Below are positions 40,988 to 49,068 of a stretch of DNA of 49,068 nt, piece by piece. The position numbers and the translations under genes were made by a program. Each line of letters starts with the position of its first letter. Position 1 is the stretch's first letter. Source of the DNA: an uncultured Moraxella sp. Its GTDB lineage: Bacteria > Pseudomonadota > Gammaproteobacteria > Pseudomonadales > Moraxellaceae. The DNA lies in the NCBI GenBank assembly GCA_937975585.1, contig CALJUC010000037.1, positions 1 through 49,068 on the forward strand. Reading direction: 5' to 3'. The notes beneath the pieces are model-generated. The model saw only the letters and a program-made list of their open reading frames with translations, had not been told where the DNA came from and searched no databases.

Positions 40988-42322
40988 TTACATTAAGCCT
41001 TGTTGTTGGCTTGCCAATAGGTCTTGGTAAGATACGTCTTTGTCGCTTACGTTCGCTTGAGCCAATAAGTAATCAACAACTTGGTCTTCTAGTACCACGG
41101 CTTCGATGTTAGCACGTTCTTGTTTGTTGTTGCTGTAGAAATCAACGACTTCTTTTGGATCTTCGTAGTTTTCTGCCATTTCGTTGATAAAGGCGTCCAC
41201 ACGTGCTTGGTCAACTTCTAGTTTGTTGGCTTCGATGATGCTTGATACCAACACACCTAGACGAGCAGCGCGTAACGCTTGTTCTTCGAACAATTCGTTA
41301 GGTAGCATGTCTTTGCTGAAGTTTTTAGGGTCAGCACCGAATTGTTGGGCAAAACGGTTTAACATCATGTCGCGTTGACGATCGATTTCTTGCTCAAGCA
41401 TAGAGCCTGGGATTTCGATTTCGTTTTTCTCTAACAAGGCATTGAAAGTTGCTTCTTTCACTTGAGCGCGCGCTGCGTTTTTCACTTCGCGTTCCATGTT
41501 TTTGCGAACGTCAGCTTTTAGCTTGTCAAGACCGCCTTCTTTAACACCAAATTGCTCGAAGAATGCTTCGTCAAGCTCAGGTACTGCTGGGGTTTCAACA
41601 GATTTTACGTTGATTTTGAACTGCGCTTGTTTGCCTTTTAGGTTTTCAGCTTGGTAATCTTCTGGGAAAGTTACGTTGATGGTTTTTTCTTCGCCAGCTT
41701 TCATGCCTACGATACCGTCTTCAAAACCAGGAATCATACGGCCGCTACCTAGGACTAGGCTGAAGTCTTGTGCCGCGCCGCCGTCGAACAATTCGCCGTC
41801 GATTGAGCCTTCAAAGTCAAATTTCACTTGGTCGCCATTCGCTGCTGCATCTTCTTTAGCCGCGAACGTTTGACGTTGTTTTTGTAGGTTTTCAATCATG
41901 GTGTCAACGTCAGCATCGCCAACAGTGGCAGTTTGACGCTCAACGTCTACGCCTTCTAAGCTTTGTACTTCAACTTCTGGGAATACTTCAACAGTGGCTT
42001 GGTAAACCAAGAAATCGTTTTCTAGTTTTACGTCGTCGATGTTTGGCATACCCACAGCACGGATGTTTTCTTCACGAATTGCGTCAAATACGGTATCACG
42101 GATTACATCGTTGATAACTTCTTGTTGGATACCTGCGCCGTATTGAGCGCGGATGTGTGATACTGGCACTTTACCTTTACGGAAACCGTCGATTTTAGCG
42201 GTTTTAGCCACTTGTTGGATACGGCTTTCAACACGGCCTTGGATGGTGGCAACTGGTACTTTAACGGTCAATTGGGTTTCCAAGTTTGACGTTTTGTTGG
42301 TAGTGATTTGTAAATCTGACAT
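40988..42322 (-). CDS. tig: Trigger factor
   Basis: [12 protein letters not shown] domain [11 protein letters not shown]; tig-clpP-clpX synteny. Confidence 0.98.
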   Translation of the reverse strand: MSDLQITTNKTSNLETQLTVKVPVATIQGRVESRIQQVAKTAKIDGFRKGKVPVSHIRAQYGAGIQQEVINDVIRDTVFDAIREENIRAVGMPNIDDVKLENDFLVYQATVEVFPEVEVQSLEGVDVERQTATVGDADVDTMIENLQKQRQTFAAKEDAAANGDQVKFDFEGSIDGELFDGGAAQDFSLVLGSGRMIPGFEDGIVGMKAGEEKTINVTFPEDYQAENLKGKQAQFKINVKSVETPAVPELDEAFFEQFGVKEGGLDKLKADVRKNMEREVKNAARAQVKEATFNALLEKNEIEIPGSMLEQEIDRQRDMMLNRFAQQFGADPKNFSKDMLPNELFEEQALRAARLGVLVSSIIEANKLEVDQARVDAFINEMAENYEDPKEVVDFYSNNKQERANIEAVVLEDQVVDYLLAQANVSDKDVSYQDLLASQQQGLM

Positions 42323-42545
42323 GAGATAGCTTCCTAAAAAATAAATGGATAATCAAAAATCGCTTATGAATTATGCAATCCAGCGTTTTATCACAGGTGT
42401 ACAGCAAAAAATCGGTTGGTTATTCGGTGATAATCACCACCATAAAAATAACCGAAAGTCATATAGTATAAATTAAATGCCATTTAAAGTAAAAAAATTG
42501 TTTGCCGCATTCGTTTAACCGAAACGGCTTATCAAATGCGGTTGT

Positions 42546-43190
42546 TTAACCAAATTGCGCGAGTTGCTTTAATTCACCCAATAACTGCTGCATGGCTTTA
42601 CCACGGTGGCTGAGTTGGTTCTTTTGGGGCTTTGGCATCTCAGCGGCTGACAGATGCAATTCAGGTACCCAAAACAGCGGGTCATAACCAAAGCCATGCT
42701 CACCGTGTGGCGCGTCTAAAATTTCGCCTTGCCAAATTCCTTGGGCAATCAACGGTAATGGGTCTTCAGCATGACGCACCAACGCCAAGACACACACAAA
42801 CTGACCTATAATCGGGGCAGCTTTGCCATTAGCAGTACGGTGCGCTTGCAGCTCATCGAGCAGTTTTTGGTTATTGGTCGCGTCTTTATTGGCAGCAAAG
42901 CCATCACGCTCTTGGGCAAAACGGGCAGAATAAATCCCTGGGCTACCACCTAAGATAGGCACACATAGCCCTGAATCATCGGCCACCGCAGGTAAACCGC
43001 TAATTCGGCTCGCATGACGCGCTTTAATCAGTGCATTTTCCACAAAGCTTAACCCGTCTTCAATCGCATCGGCAATCTGTAATTCGCCTTGCGGGATAAT
43101 CTCAACGGGTAAATTAGCATCGGCAAATAAATGCTGAAACTCGGCAAGCTTGCCTTGGTTGTTACTGGCGAGTACCAACTGAGAAAACAT
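42546..43190 (-). CDS. rdgB: dITP/XTP pyrophosphatase (HAM1 family)
   Basis: [34 protein letters not shown]; ATG 43190 with an AGGA RBS. Confidence 0.95.
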   Translation of the reverse strand: MFSQLVLASNNQGKLAEFQHLFADANLPVEIIPQGELQIADAIEDGLSFVENALIKARHASRISGLPAVADDSGLCVPILGGSPGIYSARFAQERDGFAANKDATNNQKLLDELQAHRTANGKAAPIIGQFVCVLALVRHAEDPLPLIAQGIWQGEILDAPHGEHGFGYDPLFWVPELHLSAAEMPKPQKNQLSHRGKAMQQLLGELKQLAQFG

Positions 43191-43767
43191 GGTCAATCCT
43201 AAATCTATCTATTGGTTAAAAAATAGTCTGTCAGTGGCTGGATTACTCACTTGTCCACTACTTGGCTGCGTATCATAGCACAGCCTGAACAACACAATGT
43301 GACGGATTGTTATACCGCTAGAAGCATTGGCTTAAGAATAAAAAAAGTAAAATTTACAAGGCGTGTGTTAATCGTTTTATCTAGTAACTTTATCGGGTTA
43401 GTGTTATACCAAACGACAACATATTTCTTCAAGCAATTTGTTAAGATGGCTAATAAGCGATACTGACTAAAAATCAGTAGGTTAGCTTGTCTGATGCGTG
43501 ATACGTGCGGTAAGCGGATAGGGTTTTTTGCATATCCCCACACGTATTACGGTTAAATTTTGCTAAATTTTATGGCATCATAAGGTCGGTTACCCATGCG
43601 CTAGGCTTGCCAAGCACATCGGACAGACCACATGAGGTCACTTTTATCTTAGTTTATGTTTAGCTAGCACGATTTAAGCGGGATTTATCGTTATCCCGTA
43701 TCGTAAAAGTCACAGGATAATGACGAATACAACGCTTACACGTTAGCCAATGTATAAGGAAAATAAT

Positions 43768-44394
43768 ATGTCACACATTACTCTACCAGAACTACCATAC
43801 GCAAAAAACGCACTTGAGCCACATATCAGTGCTGAAACTCTAGAATATCACCATGACAAACACCACAATGCGTATGTGACTAAACTAAATGAATTACTAC
43901 CTGGTTCTGGCCTAGAAGGCAAAGAACTTGACGAAATCATTAAAGCAACGGCACAAGACAGCAGCAAAGCGGGTATGTTCAACCAAGCTGCTCAAGTATG
44001 GAACCACACATTCTACTGGAACTGCATGACCCCAAATGGTGGCGGTGAGCCAACGGGTGACCTAAAAGCCAAAATCGAAGAAGCCTTTGGTTCATATGCT
44101 AAATTCCGTGAAGAATTCAAAAATGCAGCCGTTACCCAATTTGGTTCAGGGTGGGCATGGTTAGTTGCTGATAGCGTTGGTGGCCAACTATCTATCATGA
44201 AAACTTCAAATGCTGACACCCCAATGGCACACGGTAAAGTTGCGGTATTGACTTGTGACGTTTGGGAACACGCTTACTACATCGACTACCGTAATCGTCG
44301 TCCAGACTACGTTGACACCTTCCTAGACAAATTGGTGAACTGGGATTACGCAAACGCGAAATACCAAGGCCAAGACGCTGGCGTAGAAAAGTAA
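43768..44394 (+). CDS. sodB: Superoxide dismutase [Fe]
   Basis: HHDKHH, FNQAAQVWNHTFYW (Fe-type AQ), NADTP, DVWEHAYY; ATG 43768 with an AAGGA RBS. Confidence 0.95.
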   Translation: MSHITLPELPYAKNALEPHISAETLEYHHDKHHNAYVTKLNELLPGSGLEGKELDEIIKATAQDSSKAGMFNQAAQVWNHTFYWNCMTPNGGGEPTGDLKAKIEEAFGSYAKFREEFKNAAVTQFGSGWAWLVADSVGGQLSIMKTSNADTPMAHGKVAVLTCDVWEHAYYIDYRNRRPDYVDTFLDKLVNWDYANAKYQGQDAGVEK

Positions 44395-44429
44395 GTAGAA
44401 AAATAATCGATTAACGATTATTGAATAGC

Positions 44430-44462
44430 AAAAACCCCTGAGCGGTTGCTTAGGGGTTTTTT
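44430..44462 (+). terminator. Intrinsic terminator after sodB
   Basis: AAAAACCCCTGAGC-GGTT-GCTTAGGGGTTTTTT. Confidence 0.88.
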
Positions 44463-44491
44463 ATTGGCAAAAATTAAGGATAAATTTAAAT

Positions 44492-44524
44492 AAAAAAAGC
44501 GTGGGCTAACTGATTAACCCACGC
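44492..44524 (-). terminator. Intrinsic terminator of the liu cluster
   Basis: Minus strand reads GCGTGGGTTAA-TCAG-TTAGCCCACGC-TTTTTTT. Confidence 0.85.
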
Positions 44525-44580
44525 AAGTGCCCTGTCTTAATAATAGGCGATAAAAATATCAGTCCTGCAATTTTCTATCA

Positions 44581-45756
44581 TTAAACAGTTTCGTTAAATA
44601 ACTCACGGCCAATTAGCATACGGCGGATTTCACTGGTACCGGCACCGATTTCGTATAATTTAGCATCACGCCAGAAACGACCCATTGGGTATTCGTTGGT
44701 GTAACCGTTACCACCGAAGATTTGGATACCTTCACCGGCCATCCAAGTGGCTTTTTCCGCAGTCCATAAAATCACGCTGGCACAGTCTTTACGAACTTGA
44801 CGCACATGGTCGCTACCTAGCATATCTAGGTTTTTACCAACGGTGTATAGGAAGCTACGACCGGCTTGTAATACCGTATACATATCCGCAACTTTGCCTT
44901 GAATCAATTGGAATTCACCGATTGATTGGCCGAATTGCTTACGGTCATGAATGTATGGAATAACGTTGTCCATCACCGCTTGCATGATACCGATTGGGCC
45001 CGCTGCCAGTACTGCACGCTCGTAGTCTAGACCACTCATCAATACTTTTACGCCGTTGTTTAAGCCGCCCATGATGTTTTCAGCGGGTACTTCAACGTTT
45101 TCAAATACCATCTCACCCGTGTGGCTGCCACGCATGCCTAGTTTGTCTAGTTTTTGCGCAGTGTAGAAGCCTTTCATACCTTTTTCGACCAAGAACGCGG
45201 TAATACCTTTTGCGCCAAGCTCTGGGTTGGTTTTGGCATATACGACCATCACGTCTGCATCTGGACCGTTGGTAATCCACATTTTTGAACCATTTAATAC
45301 GTATACGCCGTCTTTTTCTTCAGCGCGTAGTTTCATGCTGGTTACGTCAGAACCTGCGCCTGGCTCACTCATTGCCAATGCACCGATAAATTCACCAGTT
45401 AGTAACTTTGGTAGATATTTTTGTTTTTGTTCTTCCGAACCGTTACGTTTGATTTGGTTGATACATAGGTTTGAGTGTGCGCCATAGCTTAGGGCAACTG
45501 AGGCAGAGGCGCGGCTGATTTCTTCCATTGCCACCATGTGCGCCACATAACCCATGTCAACACCGCCGTATTGTTCTGGTACGGTGATACCGTGTAGACC
45601 AAGGTCACCCATTTTTTGCCATAAATCCATTGGGAATTGGTCGGTGTGATCTAGTTCAGCAGCGCGCGGTGCGATTTCAGCGGCAGCGAATGCTTGTACG
45701 GTTTCGCGAAGGGCATTGATATCTTCGCCTAGTTGGTAGTCAAGTCCTAACGTCAT
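44581..45756 (-). CDS. liuA: Isovaleryl-CoA dehydrogenase
   Basis: [44 protein letters not shown]. Confidence 0.93.
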   Translation of the reverse strand: MTLGLDYQLGEDINALRETVQAFAAAEIAPRAAELDHTDQFPMDLWQKMGDLGLHGITVPEQYGGVDMGYVAHMVAMEEISRASASVALSYGAHSNLCINQIKRNGSEEQKQKYLPKLLTGEFIGALAMSEPGAGSDVTSMKLRAEEKDGVYVLNGSKMWITNGPDADVMVVYAKTNPELGAKGITAFLVEKGMKGFYTAQKLDKLGMRGSHTGEMVFENVEVPAENIMGGLNNGVKVLMSGLDYERAVLAAGPIGIMQAVMDNVIPYIHDRKQFGQSIGEFQLIQGKVADMYTVLQAGRSFLYTVGKNLDMLGSDHVRQVRKDCASVILWTAEKATWMAGEGIQIFGGNGYTNEYPMGRFWRDAKLYEIGAGTSEIRRMLIGRELFNETV

Positions 45757-45804
45757 GGTCGGTTCCTTTCTGTGTTAGTTAAATAAAGGGGTAAAAGAAG
45801 TATA

Positions 45805-46725
45805 TTAGCTATTGCGTTTATTTAGTAGCGCTCTTGCGACTCGTGAGCCATTTTGACGACCCAAGAAGTCACTGATTTTTTGGCCAACATCGACCAATTT
45901 TTCTAAGTCAATGCCAGTCTCGATACCCATACCATGTAGCATATAGACCACATCTTCAGTCGCGACATTGCCGGTTGCACCTTTGGCATACGGACATCCG
46001 CCCAAGCCCGCAACCGATGTGTCAAACTGCGCCACACCCATCTGTAAGGCTGCTAAGGTATTTGCCAGTGCTTGACCATAAGTATCATGGAAATGTCCCG
46101 ATACGTTGTGGATATCGATATAGCGGCAAGCGGCATCAATGGCTTTTTGTACTTTTAATGGGGTACCGACACCGATGGTGTCCGCGATACCAATATGCTC
46201 AGCACCGATATTAATCAGCTTTTCAGTCACATAGGCAACTTGGTCAGGATTAACCTCACCTTCGTAAGGACAGCCCACGGTGCATGAAATCACACCACGT
46301 ACGGCAATGCCATTGGCTTTGGCAGCTTCAGCAACTGGGGCAAAGCGCTCGATACTCTCAGCGATACTACAGTTGATGTTCTTTTGGCTAAAAGCTTCGC
46401 TCGCTGAACCAAAGATAACCACTTCATAGTTGGCAAAGTCTGGCTTGTGGGCGAGGGCGGCTTCAAAGCCTTTTAGGTTTGGCGTCAGTACCGAGTAGGT
46501 GACATTATCACGCTTGATAATGCCGTTTAACACATCGCTGTTATCCGCCATCTGTGGCACCCACTTAGGTGACACAAAACTGGTAGCTTCAAGCTTACGA
46601 ATACCGGCGTCAATCAAGCCGTTGACTAGCGCAATTTTGACATCGCTAGGTACGGTTTGCTTTTCGTTTTGCAAGCCATCACGTGCGCCAACATCGATAA
46701 TGCTTACAGAGCTTGGGTAGTTCAT
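45805..46725 (-). CDS. liuE: Hydroxymethylglutaryl-CoA lyase
   Basis: RDGLQNE, SFVSPKWVPQMAD, HFHDTYGQALAN, GLGGCPYA. Confidence 0.95.
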   Translation of the reverse strand: MNYPSSVSIIDVGARDGLQNEKQTVPSDVKIALVNGLIDAGIRKLEATSFVSPKWVPQMADNSDVLNGIIKRDNVTYSVLTPNLKGFEAALAHKPDFANYEVVIFGSASEAFSQKNINCSIAESIERFAPVAEAAKANGIAVRGVISCTVGCPYEGEVNPDQVAYVTEKLINIGAEHIGIADTIGVGTPLKVQKAIDAACRYIDIHNVSGHFHDTYGQALANTLAALQMGVAQFDTSVAGLGGCPYAKGATGNVATEDVVYMLHGMGIETGIDLEKLVDVGQKISDFLGRQNGSRVARALLNKRNS

Positions 46726-46727
46726 AC

Positions 46728-48812
46728 TTATTCCCCTTTGCCTGTGTCAAGTTTGAGTAACTCGTCACCGTCTGATACCAAGTCACCGGCTTTGAACAGT
46801 AACTCAGTCACGGTACCATCTGCAGGTGCGTTAATCGTATGTTCGATTTTCATCGCTTCGATAACGGCTAATGGTTGGCCTTTTTTGACCACATCACCGA
46901 CATTGACACGGAATGCGACTACTTGGCCTGGCATTGGTGATTTTAGGCTACCAGCATCTTGTGCTTCTTCACCCACATGCGCCATGCTATCGATTAGGCT
47001 GATCGTATCGCTCGCGCGGGTTGAGAAGACGTGTACTTGTTCGTTGTTTAACCACGCTTGTAGTTGTTGACGTTGGCCGTTAATCCAGATATTAAACGTG
47101 TCATCGGCTTGTGGTAGATAGCGAATTTCTCCATTGAAAATTTCAGTTAGCTGCTCAACGCTGTGCTTCGCGGCTGGGTTTTCGACTTTTTCAACGTTAT
47201 AAATCGCCAAGTTAAACTGTTGACCATCAACTTTGCTCATCATCGCTTTGAGTGGCGTACCATGATAATTTAGGTCAAATGGGCGTTGGTAATCGCTATA
47301 CGCACGGAAACCATTGGTGTGGCTGAATGGGTCATGGTTTTCAGTGCCTTTTTCAGCGGTTAATTCATTGATAATTGCGGTAGCAACCAACCACGGCAAT
47401 TCGCCACGACGTTGGTCAAATAGGACTTCTTTTTCACGCTCAATCAATGCGGTGTCAAGGTTGGCACAGCTGAATGAATCTGACTGTACCACATGGCGTA
47501 AGAATGCCACGTTGTTTGGTAAGCCAACGATACGGGTCTCTGCTAATGCTTGGTCTAGTTTTGCCAACGCTTGCTCACGCGTTGGGGCATGGACAATTAG
47601 TTTGGCAATCATCGAGTCATAGTATGGGCTAATGACATCACCTTCGCTCACGCCATCGTCCACACGCACGTCAGAGACGGTAAACGCGCTGTGCGCAGGC
47701 TTACGATATACGTGTAGGGTACCGGTTGCTGGCAAGAAGTTGTTGTCCGGGTTCTCGGCATTGATACGTGCTTCAATCGCGTGACCATTGATGGTTAACT
47801 CATCTTGGGTCTTTGGCAAGGTTTCGCCCGCAGCAACACGGATTTGCCACTCAACCAAGTCAGTACCCGTAATGGCTTCAGTCACTGGATGCTCAACCTG
47901 TAAGCGCGTGTTCATTTCCATGAAGTAAAAACGCATACCGTTATAAGCATCATCATCGCCCAAGTCAGTACGTTGCTCAACGATGAATTCAACGGTACCT
48001 GCACCGACATAGTTAACTGCCTTTGCAGCGGCAATCGCGGCGGCACCCATTGCTTGACGCATGGCCAAGGTCATACCCGGTGCCGGTGCTTCTTCCAAAA
48101 CCTTTTGGTGGCGACGCTGTACCGAGCAATCACGCTCAAATAGATAGACATAATTACCGTGGGTATCACCAAATACTTGAATCTCGATATGGCGTGGACG
48201 TAAGGCGTATTTTTCGATGAGTACATGGTCATTGCCAAAGCTACTAATCGCTTCACGTTTACATGAACCAAGCGCATCAATAAAGTCTTGTGAGTCGTGC
48301 ACCAAACGCATACCTTTACCACCACCGCCAGAGCTGGCTTTGATAAGTACGGGGTAGCCGATACTATCTGCTTGGGCTTTTAAGAACTCAGGGTCTTGTT
48401 CGGTACCGTGGTAACCTGGAATTAATGGTACATCCGCTGATTCCATTAGGCGTTTTGATTCGGCTTTTAGACCCATGGCGGTAATCGCAGACGCTGGTGG
48501 GCCAATAAATACTAGACCCGCATCAGCACAGGCTTGGGCGAACTGGTCATTTTCACTTAAGAAACCATAGCCAGGGTGAATCGCTTGTGCGCCTGTTTGT
48601 TTGGCCGCCTCTAGAATACGTTCCCAACGTAGATAGCTTTCTTTTGGGGCTGAGCCACCGATATACACGGCTTCATCACAGGCAGCCACATGCTTGGCAA
48701 AGCGGTCGGCATCTGAGTACACAGCAACGGTACGGATGCCCATTTTTTTGGCGGTGGCGGCAACACGGCAGGCGATTTCACCCCGGTTGGCTATTAAGAT
48801 TTTTGAAAACAT
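46728..48812 (-). CDS. liuD: 3-methylcrotonyl-CoA carboxylase alpha (biotin) subunit
   Basis: ANRGEIA, HPGYGFLSEN, EMNTRLQVEH, biotinyl EAMKIE; leucine-catabolism context. Confidence 0.88.
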   Translation of the reverse strand: MFSKILIANRGEIACRVAATAKKMGIRTVAVYSDADRFAKHVAACDEAVYIGGSAPKESYLRWERILEAAKQTGAQAIHPGYGFLSENDQFAQACADAGLVFIGPPASAITAMGLKAESKRLMESADVPLIPGYHGTEQDPEFLKAQADSIGYPVLIKASSGGGGKGMRLVHDSQDFIDALGSCKREAISSFGNDHVLIEKYALRPRHIEIQVFGDTHGNYVYLFERDCSVQRRHQKVLEEAPAPGMTLAMRQAMGAAAIAAAKAVNYVGAGTVEFIVEQRTDLGDDDAYNGMRFYFMEMNTRLQVEHPVTEAITGTDLVEWQIRVAAGETLPKTQDELTINGHAIEARINAENPDNNFLPATGTLHVYRKPAHSAFTVSDVRVDDGVSEGDVISPYYDSMIAKLIVHAPTREQALAKLDQALAETRIVGLPNNVAFLRHVVQSDSFSCANLDTALIEREKEVLFDQRRGELPWLVATAIINELTAEKGTENHDPFSHTNGFRAYSDYQRPFDLNYHGTPLKAMMSKVDGQQFNLAIYNVEKVENPAAKHSVEQLTEIFNGEIRYLPQADDTFNIWINGQRQQLQAWLNNEQVHVFSTRASDTISLIDSMAHVGEEAQDAGSLKSPMPGQVVAFRVNVGDVVKKGQPLAVIEAMKIEHTINAPADGTVTELLFKAGDLVSDGDELLKLDTGKGE

Positions 48813-48922
48813 AATCGTCCCTTTCTATTTTTTCAACACCGCATCACCGCGGATCTAACTTGGTGTTCTGATATAATTTAGCTTATAAAACCTAGCTTTT
48901 TACCCCAGTCATTTTGGCTCAG

Positions 48923-49068
48923 TCATTCAAGCCAGCTCGGTTTACGTTTTTGCAAGAATGACTGTACGCCTTCTTTACCTTCGGCGGATGCACGGATATC
49001 GGCAATGCCTGCGACGGTATCTTTGATTAACTGCTCATTAATCTCGGCAAATGCCACGTCTTGCACCA
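48923..49068 (-). CDS. liuC: Enoyl-CoA hydratase/methylglutaconyl-CoA hydratase, C-terminal part (truncated by window end)
   Basis: Manual translation VQDVAFAEINEQLIKDTVAGIADIRASAEGKEGVQSFLQKRKPSWLE* is a crotonase-family C-terminus. Confidence 0.8.
   Translation of the reverse strand, partial: VQDVAFAEINEQLIKDTVAGIADIRASAEGKEGVQSFLQKRKPSWLE

Noticed and set aside
43251-43543. Two small ORFs (71 and 77 aa) in the rdgB-sodB gap
   Set aside because: They have non-ATG starts, no evident RBS and no motifs, and they overlap each other on opposite strands.
368-48814. Numerous short alternative-frame and antisense ORFs in the track (e.g. 1264-1731, 3399-3749, 16097-16525, 24996-25418, 46657-47070)
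   Set aside because: They overlap well-supported conserved genes and show no motifs; they are codon-bias shadows.

Overview
Mostly core-chromosome DNA from a Moraxellaceae bacterium. The OMP CD/OprF-type porin and overall gene content suggest the Moraxella (Faucicola) osloensis group; this is an inference. In order, the window holds tRNA-Ala(GGC), dedA, gltX, a pirin pseudogene, ribH-nusB-thiL-pgpA-glmU-glmS, an FMN reductase, ygfZ, yjdM/phnA, an isolated kpsC-kpsS capsule-linker pair, lepA-lepB-DUF4845-rnc-era-recO-pdxJ, an orphan FimT-like pilin, ompA/CD, typA, mscL, dadA, phoBR with tandem Pho boxes, dtd, psd, a Bcr/CflA transporter, ygiD, rlmH, four accessory ORFs, tig-clpP-clpX, rdgB, Fe-sodB and a leucine-catabolism (liu) cluster cut by the window end. 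I found no transposase, integrase, phage or CRISPR. The most striking unexplained structure is a pair of ~105-bp TA-bounded elements at 31750-31855 and 40729-40831. They share a 49-bp core (43/49 identical) resembling the short Neisseria Correia/NEMIS element. Their inverted-repeat arms have unrelated sequences yet fold into the same stem architecture, which suggests a structured-RNA or MITE family with exchangeable ends.
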